The translations under genes were made by a program, and so were the position numbers. Below, in pieces: positions 36,996 to 46,588 of a stretch of DNA of 64,000 nucleotides (positions are counted from its first letter, which is position 1; each line of letters starts with the position of its first letter). The notes under the pieces were generated by a model. That model was given only the letters and a program-made list of their open reading frames with translations, was not told where the DNA came from and ran no database searches. The stretch lies in assembly GCA_963796275.1 (NCBI GenBank), contig CAWCKY010000007.1, forward strand, positions 480,001 through 544,000. Reading direction: 5' to 3'. The stretch is from an uncultured Acidobacteriota bacterium. Lineage in GTDB: Bacteria; Acidobacteriota; Blastocatellia; RBC074.

Positions 36996-37030
36996 TTGGT
37001 TTTATAATGCCCAACACGGAGACAACAAAG

Positions 37031-39358
37031 ATGAAAAACAGGCGTCTGCGATCAGGCGTGGTACTCCTGATCGGTATCGCTGCCGCGTTCTACGCGATCT
37101 CTACGTCTCAGGCGGACCGGGGCAAGAGAGTAGCTGACGCGGATCACCAGGCGATGATCGAAGAGTACTGCGTGGGATGCCACAACAAAGACTCCAAGAC
37201 CGCGGGCATTTCGCTCGAGGGTCTGAATTTCAATAAGGTCGGGGCAGACGCGGGCGTCTGGGAGAAAGTGTTGCGCAAAGTCCGCACAGGCCAGATGCCG
37301 CCTTCAGGTATGCCGCGTCCCGAACCGGCCTCTGTGACTGCGTTCGTGAGTTGGTTGGAAAGCTCATTGGACCGGGCCGCGGAAGCCGATCCGAATCCGG
37401 GAAGGCCCGGAATCCACCGCCTTAACCGCGCCGAGTACAGCAACGCCATCCGCGATCTGCTGGCGGTCGATATCAACCCCGGATCAGCGCTGCCGGTGGA
37501 CGACTCCGGCCACGGCTTCGACAACATAGGCGAAGTGCTGACTCTCTCTCCCGCGCTGTTGGAGAAGTACATGTCGGCCGCCCGCCGGGTGAGCCGCCTC
37601 GCCATCGGCGATATAACGATCAAGGCCGGCGAAGAACAGTTTCATCCGCGTCGCGACCCCCCGGGTACATCCAACAATTCGAGACCGAGAGGAGAGCGAG
37701 TCAGTGACGATCTTCCCTTCTATTCGAGGGGGGGACTCTCCTTCCGGCACTATTTCCCGCTCGATGCCGACTATCTGATCCGGATCAGATCGAATCGGTC
37801 TTTCTATGACATGCAGATGTCTGTGAAGGCCGGTCTACATACCGTCGGCGTGACGTTCCCGCGCGCCGACGCGAAGGATGAACCCGCGCTGCCGAGCTCA
37901 CGGCGATTTGGCGGCAGGCCGCCGGGCATGGCGCCCCCACAGACAATACCGATGGACCTGCGGCTCGATGGCGCGAGAGTCAAGCGGTTTGAAGTTCCCG
38001 AATTCACCGGCACAGACGTAGTCCTCATCAGAGGCCCTTTTAACGTCACGGGACGTGGCGAGACGGCCAGCAGGGCCAAGATTTTCGTATGCCGACCCGC
38101 TTCGGAGAAAGAAGAGACGCCGTGTGCCCGGAAGATTCTCGCGTCGCTTACCCGTCGCGCGTTCCGGCGACCCGTGACCGACGCCGATGTGAATCCGCTG
38201 GTATCATTTTACGAACGCGGACGGCGTGAGGGCGATTTCGATTATGGCATTCAAAACGCCATCGAGGCGATGCTGGTCTCACCCGACTTTCTGTTCCGCA
38301 TCGAACGCGATCCGCAGAACGCGGGGCCCGGAGCCATCTACCGCTTGAACGATTTCGAACTCGCATCGCGGCTCTCCTTCTTTCTGTGGAGCAGCATCCC
38401 GGATGACCGGTTGCTGGATCTGGCCGAGCAGCGGAAGCTGAGCGACCCGGCTGTCCTGCAACAGCAGGTCAGTCGAATGCTAGACGATCCGCGTGCGCTA
38501 GCCTTCGTCAGCAATTTTGGCGGGCAATGGCTTCATCTCAGGAATCTCGAGACTTCCAGGCCCGATCCCGACCGATTCCCCACATTCGATGAGGGGCTGC
38601 GCCTGGCATTCCGGCAGGAGACGGAGTTGTTCTTCGAGAGCATACTGCGCGAGAACCGCAGCATATTCGATCTGATCGATGCCGATTACACGTTCATCAA
38701 CGAGCGGCTGGCCGAGCATTATGACATTCCGGGAATCTATGGATCGCAGTTCCGCCGGGTCAGGCTGAATGACCCGAACAGAGGCGGCTTATTGGGGCAG
38801 GGAAGTATATTGACCGTAACCTCCTATCCCAATCGCACGTCCATAGTTCTGAGAGGCAAGTGGGTTCTCGAAAATCTTTTGGGTGCGCCGCCACCACCAC
38901 CACCTCCTGACATTCCCGACCTTAAGCCGCACGGTAAGGACGGAAGGCAGTTGACCATGCGAGAGCAGATGGAAGCGCACCGCGCCAATCCGGTATGCGC
39001 CTCTTGTCACGCACGAATGGATCCGATCGGGTTTGCGCTGGAGAATTATGATGGCACGGGGAGATGGCGAACAAAGGATGCCGGATCTGACATCGACGCC
39101 TCCGGTAAACTGCCGGACGGGACGAAATTCGCGGGGCCGGTGGGATTAAAAAAGATACTGTTATCGGGTCATCGAGATGAGTTCGCGACGACGGTCACCG
39201 ACAAGCTCCTGACCTATGCGCTGGGGCGCGGTCTGGAAGCCTATGATAATCCGTCCGTCCGTGCGATTATGAGGGAGGCGGCCCAGGAAGACTACCGGCT
39301 GCCGGCCCTGATCACAGCAATCGTAAAAAGCAGACCTTTTCAGATGAGGAAGAATTAG
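37031..39358 (+). CDS. DUF1592-type protein (planctomycete cytochrome c, DUF1587/1595/1592/1588/1585 domains)
   Basis: Signal peptide, YCVGCH, HRLNRAEY.N.IRDLL, ELASRLSFFLWSS.PD, RGKWVLEN, CASCH..MDP.G. Confidence 0.92.
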   Translation: MKNRRLRSGVVLLIGIAAAFYAISTSQADRGKRVADADHQAMIEEYCVGCHNKDSKTAGISLEGLNFNKVGADAGVWEKVLRKVRTGQMPPSGMPRPEPASVTAFVSWLESSLDRAAEADPNPGRPGIHRLNRAEYSNAIRDLLAVDINPGSALPVDDSGHGFDNIGEVLTLSPALLEKYMSAARRVSRLAIGDITIKAGEEQFHPRRDPPGTSNNSRPRGERVSDDLPFYSRGGLSFRHYFPLDADYLIRIRSNRSFYDMQMSVKAGLHTVGVTFPRADAKDEPALPSSRRFGGRPPGMAPPQTIPMDLRLDGARVKRFEVPEFTGTDVVLIRGPFNVTGRGETASRAKIFVCRPASEKEETPCARKILASLTRRAFRRPVTDADVNPLVSFYERGRREGDFDYGIQNAIEAMLVSPDFLFRIERDPQNAGPGAIYRLNDFELASRLSFFLWSSIPDDRLLDLAEQRKLSDPAVLQQQVSRMLDDPRALAFVSNFGGQWLHLRNLETSRPDPDRFPTFDEGLRLAFRQETELFFESILRENRSIFDLIDADYTFINERLAEHYDIPGIYGSQFRRVRLNDPNRGGLLGQGSILTVTSYPNRTSIVLRGKWVLENLLGAPPPPPPPDIPDLKPHGKDGRQLTMREQMEAHRANPVCASCHARMDPIGFALENYDGTGRWRTKDAGSDIDASGKLPDGTKFAGPVGLKKILLSGHRDEFATTVTDKLLTYALGRGLEAYDNPSVRAIMREAAQEDYRLPALITAIVKSRPFQMRKN

Positions 39359-39430
39359 TTTTCAGTTTTCAGTTTTCAGTTTTTAGTTGCCGATCGAGAC
39401 CACCCAACTAAAAACTAAAAACTGTTTTCA
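39356..39430. repeat. Heptamer hairpin (TTTTCAG)n/(CTAAAAA)n starting at a TAG stop
   Basis: tagttttcagttttcagttttcagtttttagttg...caactaaaaactaaaaactg. Confidence 0.85.
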
Positions 39431-39448
39431 GAGGAGCACACCGACGCT

Positions 39449-40789
39449 ATGATCGTTACCAAGAAATCTCTACCTCGCCGTACTTTCTTGCGCGGGATGG
39501 GCGTGACGTTGGCCCTGCCGTTACTTGACGCGATGACGCCAGCGCTGTCATCTGCCGGGGGAGCGAAATCGGTCGTTCGCCTGGGCTTCGTCTACGTCCC
39601 CAACGGGATCATCATGGATAAGTGGAGGCCGGCTACGGAAGGGAAAGATTTCGCATTTGCGCCGACGATGAAGCCTCTGGAGCTCTATCGCGATCGTCTG
39701 CTAGTGCTCAGCGGATTGGCGCAGGTCAATGGCCGCGCGCTCGGAGATGGCGCGGGCGACCACGCGCGAGCGGGCGCGACGTTTCTCACCGGCGTTCATC
39801 CGAAGAAAAGCGAGACCAACATCCGGGCGGGCATTTCCGCCGACCAGATCGCGGCTCAGGAACTCGGAAAATATACGCAGCTGGCTTCGCTCGAACTCGG
39901 CATCGAATCGAATCAACTGTCCGGCGGTTGCGACAGCGGTTACAGCTGCGCTTATTCCAATACGATCTCGTGGCGCAGCGAGATGACGCCGCTTCCGATC
40001 GAGAACAATCCCCGCGCATTGTTTGAGCGGTTGTTCGGCGACGGTGAGAGCACAGATGCCGCGGCCCGTCTGGCATTGCTCGAGAAACAGCGGAGCATCC
40101 TCGATTACGTGAGCGGCAGCATCGACCGTCTAGGCAAGACCGTCGGCCCGAGCGACCGGGGTAAACTCAGCGAGTACCTGGACGCCATCCGCGATATCGA
40201 ACGCCGGATTCAACAAGCCGAAAAACAGAACGCCGCGCTGAAACTACCGGTGATGGAGCGTCCCACGGCCGTGCCGGATGAGTTCGAAGACCACGTCAGG
40301 ATGATGATGGATCTACAGGTGCTGGCGTACCAGACCGACATGACGCGGGTGATCAGTCTGATGATGGCTCGTGAGGGTAGCAACCGTCCTTATCGTTCCA
40401 TCGGCATTTCCGATGGCCACCACGATTGCACTCACCATCAGAACAACCAGGAGAAGATCGATAAGATAATCAAGATCAACGAACTGCACGTTAAAATGTT
40501 CGCCTACCTGCTGGAGCGAATGAAGGCCACGCCTGATGGGGAAGGCAATCTCCTGGATCATTCGATGATCGTGTACGGCAGCAGCATCAGCGACGGCAAC
40601 CTGCATACCCATCACGACCTGCCGGTAGTGTTGGCGGGCGGCGGCGCCGGTTACGTCAAAGGGAATCGCCACGTCGTCTATCCCAAAGACACGCCGCTCA
40701 ATAATCTGTTGTTGGGCATGTTGGAGAGGGCGGGCGTGCCTGTTGAGAAACTTGGTGATAGCACGGGCAAGCTGGATTGTCTTGCCTGA
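39449..40789 (+). CDS. DUF1552 family protein (Tat-like signal)
   Basis: LPRRTFLRGMG..LALPLLDAM, YVPNG, CDSGYSCAY, GHH...HH, LGDSTG. Confidence 0.92.
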   Translation: MIVTKKSLPRRTFLRGMGVTLALPLLDAMTPALSSAGGAKSVVRLGFVYVPNGIIMDKWRPATEGKDFAFAPTMKPLELYRDRLLVLSGLAQVNGRALGDGAGDHARAGATFLTGVHPKKSETNIRAGISADQIAAQELGKYTQLASLELGIESNQLSGGCDSGYSCAYSNTISWRSEMTPLPIENNPRALFERLFGDGESTDAAARLALLEKQRSILDYVSGSIDRLGKTVGPSDRGKLSEYLDAIRDIERRIQQAEKQNAALKLPVMERPTAVPDEFEDHVRMMMDLQVLAYQTDMTRVISLMMAREGSNRPYRSIGISDGHHDCTHHQNNQEKIDKIIKINELHVKMFAYLLERMKATPDGEGNLLDHSMIVYGSSISDGNLHTHHDLPVVLAGGGAGYVKGNRHVVYPKDTPLNNLLLGMLERAGVPVEKLGDSTGKLDCLA

Positions 40790-40821
40790 GCGCAATCCGA
40801 CTCGCTAAAAACTCATCTATC

Positions 40822-40916
40822 CAGCACCTCTGCCGGGGTGCGATGTAAGGGGGCACGGTACCGGTGGTTCCGCTATGCTCCACCACCGACTAAAATCCAC
40901 CGCCCTTTCAGGGCGA
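40822..40916. repeat. Degenerate REPIN-like remnant
   Basis: gcacctctgccggggtgc, ggtggttccgctatgctccaccacc and cgccctttcagggcg are small hairpins arranged as in the right arm of the 10275-10510 element. Confidence 0.5.
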
Positions 40917-40944
40917 AGAGCAAGATCGCGAACGGAAATGTACG

Positions 40945-42315
40945 ATGATCGAAAGAGGCAACCTCGTTACAATCAGCACAATGTTGCGATCCTGCGCGAC
41001 GCTCATCCTCATCGCTTCCATATCTTTAGCCTTTGATTCACCGGACCTGCTGGATGCGGTTAAACGCCGCGATCACAAAACCCTGAAATCTCTTATAAAA
41101 ACTAGCGCAGACGTGAACATCGCGCAGCCCGATGGGGCGACTCCACTCTCGTGGGCTATTTTCCTGGATGACCGGGAAGCGGCGGAGATGCTGCTTGCCG
41201 CCGGCGCCCGGGTCAACACTGCTGACGAATACGGCGAAACGCCTCTCACTCTCGCGTGCAACAACGGCAGCATCGCTTTGATACGTAAACTCGTAGAGGC
41301 GGGCGCTGACGTCAACGCCTCACGCTGGGATGGCAGCACGGCGCTTATGATAGCCGCCAATTCCGGGAGCATAGAGGCAGTCAGATTACTCGTGGAGCGC
41401 GGAGCGAATGTCAATGCCGCGGAGACCAAAAAAGGCCAGACGGCATTGATGTGGGCCGCATCTGAAGGGCACACGGACGCGGTTAAGGAGCTTCTCAAAA
41501 GCGGCGCAGACGTAAAGGCAGTCTCCAAGGGTGGATTCACGCCCTTGTTATTCGCCGCTATCAAGAACGACTCCAAGTCTGTACAGAGCCTGCTCGCAGC
41601 GGGAGCCGATCCCAATACGAAGCTGCCCGATGGGTCTTCGGCCCTGATTGCGGCCGGGGCATTCCGCAGCGTTGCTTCCGCCATCGCTCTCGTTGAGGCT
41701 GGCGCTGATGTGCGAGTCGCCGATCCCCGGGGAAATACGCCGCTGCACATCGCCGCGCAAATCGGTAACACAGAATTGGTCAAGTTGTTGCTGGCCAAGG
41801 GAGCGGACCCGAACGCCCGTAACGCAAAGGCATTCCAGCCTGGCGGTCCCGCGATGGGTCAGTTCCGCCTTCCCGCCGGTGAAATCACACCATTGCATAT
41901 TGCGGCGAGGGTTAACCAGCTCGAAGCCATGAAACTGCTGGTAGCGGCTGGAGCAGACCCCAAACTGAATGGCGAGGACGGCACGACGCTCCTCATGCAG
42001 GCCGCGGGCAGCACGAACGTCGATGTTGTGGCGTTCGCCTACAATCTCGATCCCGATGTGAAAGCAGTTACCGAAAGCGGCGCGACCGTGATTCATGCTT
42101 CTGTAACCGCGCTCGGTCCGGGGGCCGATCAGAAAGAGATATGTAAAGTGATCCGCTTCCTGGCGGACAAGGGAGCGCCGCTCGATGAACGGAATGCCAG
42201 AGGTAGAACTCCAATCGATATCGCTGATGTCCTGCCGCTCGATCAGGCCGTAGAACTACTCACCGAACTCATTATCAAATCAGGATCAAAACCCAAGACG
42301 CCTACAAAGAGGTGA
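40945..42315 (+). CDS. Exported ankyrin-repeat protein
   Basis: Many G.TPL..A...LL.AGADVN repeats after a signal-like N-terminus (the start may be 40981). Confidence 0.92.
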   Translation: MIERGNLVTISTMLRSCATLILIASISLAFDSPDLLDAVKRRDHKTLKSLIKTSADVNIAQPDGATPLSWAIFLDDREAAEMLLAAGARVNTADEYGETPLTLACNNGSIALIRKLVEAGADVNASRWDGSTALMIAANSGSIEAVRLLVERGANVNAAETKKGQTALMWAASEGHTDAVKELLKSGADVKAVSKGGFTPLLFAAIKNDSKSVQSLLAAGADPNTKLPDGSSALIAAGAFRSVASAIALVEAGADVRVADPRGNTPLHIAAQIGNTELVKLLLAKGADPNARNAKAFQPGGPAMGQFRLPAGEITPLHIAARVNQLEAMKLLVAAGADPKLNGEDGTTLLMQAAGSTNVDVVAFAYNLDPDVKAVTESGATVIHASVTALGPGADQKEICKVIRFLADKGAPLDERNARGRTPIDIADVLPLDQAVELLTELIIKSGSKPKTPTKR

Positions 42316-42322
42316 ATCGGAT

Positions 42323-42449
42323 TCACCACAGAAACCACAAGGACAGAAATCACAAAGCAAACCGTCGCCTCGGTCAACCGAAGCTACCATAAGCCAGAGA
42401 TGAAGAAATTTTTACGTCTTTGTGTCATTTATCGCGGTTTTTGTGGTCA
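42323..42449. repeat. Degenerate nonamer-repeat hairpin (CCACA...)
   Basis: accacagaaaccacaaggacagaaatcacaaag ... ctttgtgtcatttatcgcggtttttgtggt. Confidence 0.6.
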
Positions 42450-42608
42450 ATCTGCAGCCTTCGATTTATACTCCTCGCGCTTTAGAGTGGTACTCATCGA
42501 GATTTTAAATTCACAACGAATCTCACGGGGTGACGGGTGAGCCGAATCGCTGGCTCTTATTTCGTCTTCACTGACACGCGGTAGTTTCCTTACAATTAGG
42601 AGAAAACG

Positions 42609-45600
42609 ATGCTACTCAGGGTCCCCTCTGCCGGCGCAGTGCTGTCGCTGGTTACACTTGTAGTACTCTCGATCGCACCGGTCCTCGCCCAGTCGAGCGC
42701 CGGCGGCGGTTCGATTCAAGGGACAGTCAAAGACGCTGATGGCGCTATCATTCCCGGTGCGAAAGTAGTCATCCGCCAGATAGCTACCGGGCGCGTCACC
42801 AACACAGTGAGCAACAACGAGGGATTCTTTTTCACCCCGCCGCTCAACATCGGCGCATACAGTGTCCGGGTCACAGCCGCCGGCATGAAATCCTGGGAGG
42901 GCCAACTTGTGCTGGAGGCCGGGCGCCTGGTGGAGATCAGCCCCGCGCTGCTGCCGGGCGAGGTGACGGAGACGGTGGTCATCTCGGGGAACATCACTCC
43001 GTTGACTACTACGACTGAACCGACTGATCACAGCACACTAGACAGCCAGCGCATTCAGGACCTACCCATCAATGGGCGTAATATCAACACGCTGATCGAA
43101 GACGTAACGCCTGGCGTCGAGGGCATCAACGACGTGAACGGCGGCGTGCGCATCAGCGGTTTGATGGCCTACTCGACCGAATATGTTCAGGATGGCGCTA
43201 CCTCGAATAACCGCGAATTCGGGGGCTCCGGCGGCATGCAGGGGCTGGAATCGATGGGTGAAGTGCGCATCGAGACGAGCACGTCTTCGGCCAAGTACAC
43301 CACTCCCACCAATGTGATCGTCTCGACCAAAAGCGGAACCAATGCTATTCACGGCTCATTGTATGAGACGCACCGCAACAACAGTTTCGGCGTGGCTCGC
43401 GCACGTCAGGACGTTTATTTTACGGGGGAGGAATACAAGGCGCCCCACCTCATCCGCAACGAGTTTGGCGGCTCGATCGGTGGCCCGCTTTTTCTGCCGC
43501 GTTTCGGTGAAGGCGGGAAGATCTGGTACGACGGCAGAAACCGCTCTTTCTTCTTCTTCTCGCGTGAAGGTATCAGGCTTCGGCAGGGCATCACCCGCGA
43601 GTTTACGGTGCCGACGGCGAGGATGCGGCAGGGCGATTTCAGCGAGTTGATCGACGCGCAGGGGCGCGAGATTCGTCTCTACGATCCGCTGACGACGAGG
43701 CCCGGGACGAGAGCCAACGGCCAGCCATTGACGGTGCGAGACCGGTTCCCCAACAACCAGATTCCGATCTCGCGCATCAGCCCCTTGGCCAAACGCATGT
43801 TTGAACTCACCCCGATGCCGACGGATATCACAAACCCGGTGACCGCCTACAACCTCAAGATGCCAGTTCCGACCAACGCATTTCCCAACCAGGATGGCGA
43901 TACGACGACGGTGCGCATCGACCACCGCTTCAGCGAAAGGGATAACTCGTTCATCAAGGTCAACGGCGGCAAGCAATACTATAACTTCCTCGGCACTGCC
44001 GGAAACAACGGCGCGCCGACGGCCAACAAAGAGGCCAATGTGACCTATCTGCCGATGCGGAACATCGCGGGCGCCCTGAGCTGGACGCACGTCTTCTCGA
44101 CGCAGTTCTTCGTCGAGACCCTCTTCAATCGAACCTGGCAGATCAGCCAGACTATGACAGGGCCGATCGACGAACAAAAAAATTGGTCGCAAGAATTGGG
44201 CCTGCCCAACGACTTCGGCGAGATGGGATGGCCGAACATGACGAACCTGGGCCTGGCCAATATCGGCGATAATCTCCACTATACCTATATCGAAGGCGAC
44301 AACCGTCGCGGGCTTCACAGCATCATCACCAGCTTCGAACAGAACTACACATTGATCCGCGGCACGCACAACATTCAGTTCGGCGGCAGATTTCGCAACG
44401 AGCGGAATCATCTGTTGCCCGACCAGGGTGGCATCTCGGGCACCTCTTACTACAACAGCCTGGCGACCGCATTGGAAAATCCGGCGAGTAGCGTCACGAA
44501 TCCCGGGGTGACGCCGCAGACCGGCTACGACACGGCCAATTTCTTCCTCGGTTACGCGGGCCGTTACGACGTCGGTTTTAAGCGAGGCTATCTACAGGTC
44601 TACGAGAAAAAATTCGGCTTCTACTTGCAGGACACTTACAAGGTAAGCCCCCGTCTGACCCTCACGCCGGGCATCCGTTGGGACATCAATCCGATCTTCC
44701 ATGAGCGCAACGGGCTGATCAACACTTTCGATGTAGATACTCACTCGCTCGTGCTGCCCGAATCTATGGAGTATTACTATAAAAAGGGCGTGACGACGCC
44801 CGAGATAGTAGAGAGATTCCGGAACGTAGGTATGGAGTTTAAGACCGCGGAAGAACTCGGGATGCCTAAGAGCCTCTTCAAGTCCAACCTCTACGACATC
44901 AGCCCGCGCGCCGGGTTCGCCTACCGGCTGTGGGATAATAACAAGCAGCTGGTTATACGCGGAGGCTACGGCATTTACACCTCGGCCATACCCATGCGGA
45001 CTCTGCTGGCGCAGTTTTCATCTCTGCCGCCGTTCCGCACGACATTCACCTACAACCCTAATAACGCAAACCAGAGCCCTGACGCCACGTCCAACTACCT
45101 GTTGAGGACTGCACCACAATACATCTCCGGCTTGGATTCCATAAATGCTGTGGACGTCGATAATCTGCTCGGCCTTGGACGCGGCCAGGCGGTCAGAGGG
45201 ATGGGCGAGAACCAGCCCAGTCTGCGAATTCACGAATGGAATTTGACGATGGAGAAGCAGATCAGCCAGAACACGGTCATCCGTCTTCGCTATACCGGCA
45301 AGCATGGCGTCAATGCCGATCAATTGATGGAGATCAATCCTCAAGGGAACGACTATTTTTGGTATGAGACGAAGCATGAGCCGATACCGCAGGGACAATA
45401 CGCCAGCGTGGCCCGGCGCGTCTATGACCAGAACGCATACACGGAAGTCCGCATCCTGGAAAAGTCAGGTTATATCAACTCATCGACGTGGTCGCTCGAG
45501 GTAGAGCGGCGATTTACCAAGGGGTTAGGCTTCCAGGCTTTCTACACGATGACAAACGCGCTGCGGATGGCAGGCAACTCGTTTCGCGATGATGTGGCGG

Positions 45601-46472
45601 TATTGCCTTCGATCTACTTGAAGGACACTTTTCCGCAGGACATAAGTGTAGACAAGCTCAACCGATTGCTCTTCTATGACCGTGACACGGGGATTCCGAA
45701 GCATCGTGTGCGCTGGAACTGGACTTACGAGCTGCCCTTCGGCACGGGGAAGAAGTTTGGGACCGCGGCCAGGGGCTTCCTCAATGGATTGATGGGCGGC
45801 TGGCGGTTGTCAGGCACCGGCACGGTGATAAATACCTGGTATGCGATGCCGACCGGTAACTGGGGCGAGATGGGAAATTTCGAGATATACGGGAAGAAGT
45901 ACCCGATTACGGATTGTCGCGCCACGCCTGCCAACGCGACCAGTCAGGCACAAGAACGATGCACGCCGGGTTATCTCTGGTTTAACGGTTACATTTCCGA
46001 GCGGAACATCAACAGCCGGAATGCGGCAGGGATTCGCAACGGCGTCTTCGGCCTGCCGGAAAACTACAAACCGGCGCAAAAGCCGATCAATCCGTGGCCC
46101 AAGGGAGGGCTGCCGACCGACCCAAGGGCGAACGATTACGATATGAATGTGGTTTACATCCCGATCAGAAACACAAACGGTACAATCTCAAACCAGCGCG
46201 TCACCTTTGACCTCGGTTACCACCCGTGGCGCAATCAGTACAAGATGGGGCCATTCAACTGGGTGATGGATACGTCATTGATGAAGTACTTCAGGATCAC
46301 CGAGAGGGTGAAGTTGAGGGCGAATATCGATTTTTTCAACGTCTTCAACATTCAGGGGTTGAACACGCCAAATGGCGAAGGCATCGTCAGCCTAAGTAAC
46401 TCGTATAATCCCAACAACCTGAACGGATTCAAGCCGCGCCAGCTTCAGGGCTCGCTGCGGATCGAGTGGTGA
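42609..46472 (+). CDS. TonB-dependent receptor with carboxypeptidase regulatory-like N-domain
   Basis: GSIQGTVKD, LPINGRN, TKSGTN, QDTYKVS, C-terminal QGSLRIEW. Confidence 0.93.
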   Translation: MLLRVPSAGAVLSLVTLVVLSIAPVLAQSSAGGGSIQGTVKDADGAIIPGAKVVIRQIATGRVTNTVSNNEGFFFTPPLNIGAYSVRVTAAGMKSWEGQLVLEAGRLVEISPALLPGEVTETVVISGNITPLTTTTEPTDHSTLDSQRIQDLPINGRNINTLIEDVTPGVEGINDVNGGVRISGLMAYSTEYVQDGATSNNREFGGSGGMQGLESMGEVRIETSTSSAKYTTPTNVIVSTKSGTNAIHGSLYETHRNNSFGVARARQDVYFTGEEYKAPHLIRNEFGGSIGGPLFLPRFGEGGKIWYDGRNRSFFFFSREGIRLRQGITREFTVPTARMRQGDFSELIDAQGREIRLYDPLTTRPGTRANGQPLTVRDRFPNNQIPISRISPLAKRMFELTPMPTDITNPVTAYNLKMPVPTNAFPNQDGDTTTVRIDHRFSERDNSFIKVNGGKQYYNFLGTAGNNGAPTANKEANVTYLPMRNIAGALSWTHVFSTQFFVETLFNRTWQISQTMTGPIDEQKNWSQELGLPNDFGEMGWPNMTNLGLANIGDNLHYTYIEGDNRRGLHSIITSFEQNYTLIRGTHNIQFGGRFRNERNHLLPDQGGISGTSYYNSLATALENPASSVTNPGVTPQTGYDTANFFLGYAGRYDVGFKRGYLQVYEKKFGFYLQDTYKVSPRLTLTPGIRWDINPIFHERNGLINTFDVDTHSLVLPESMEYYYKKGVTTPEIVERFRNVGMEFKTAEELGMPKSLFKSNLYDISPRAGFAYRLWDNNKQLVIRGGYGIYTSAIPMRTLLAQFSSLPPFRTTFTYNPNNANQSPDATSNYLLRTAPQYISGLDSINAVDVDNLLGLGRGQAVRGMGENQPSLRIHEWNLTMEKQISQNTVIRLRYTGKHGVNADQLMEINPQGNDYFWYETKHEPIPQGQYASVARRVYDQNAYTEVRILEKSGYINSSTWSLEVERRFTKGLGFQAFYTMTNALRMAGNSFRDDVAVLPSIYLKDTFPQDISVDKLNRLLFYDRDTGIPKHRVRWNWTYELPFGTGKKFGTAARGFLNGLMGGWRLSGTGTVINTWYAMPTGNWGEMGNFEIYGKKYPITDCRATPANATSQAQERCTPGYLWFNGYISERNINSRNAAGIRNGVFGLPENYKPAQKPINPWPKGGLPTDPRANDYDMNVVYIPIRNTNGTISNQRVTFDLGYHPWRNQYKMGPFNWVMDTSLMKYFRITERVKLRANIDFFNVFNIQGLNTPNGEGIVSLSNSYNPNNLNGFKPRQLQGSLRIEW

Positions 46473-46486
46473 AGTGATCAATCTAC

Positions 46487-46580
46487 GCGAAAAGAATATG
46501 CAAAAAGAATGCGCAAAAAGACAAAAGACACGAAAAGAAAATTATTTTTTCGTGTCTTTTGGTTTCTTGTTACTATGGCG
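46487..46580. repeat. Nonamer-type hairpin between convergent genes (possible bidirectional terminator)
   Basis: caaaagacacgaaaagaaa / ttttttcgtgtcttttg. Confidence 0.7.
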
Positions 46581-46588
46581 AGTCTTCT

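Noticed and set aside
43356-44411. Long antisense ORFs (also 5045-5914, 61900-63006, 23851-24693 and others)
   Set aside because: These are shadow ORFs opposite strongly supported genes, expected from GC-rich codon bias, with no recognisable motifs.
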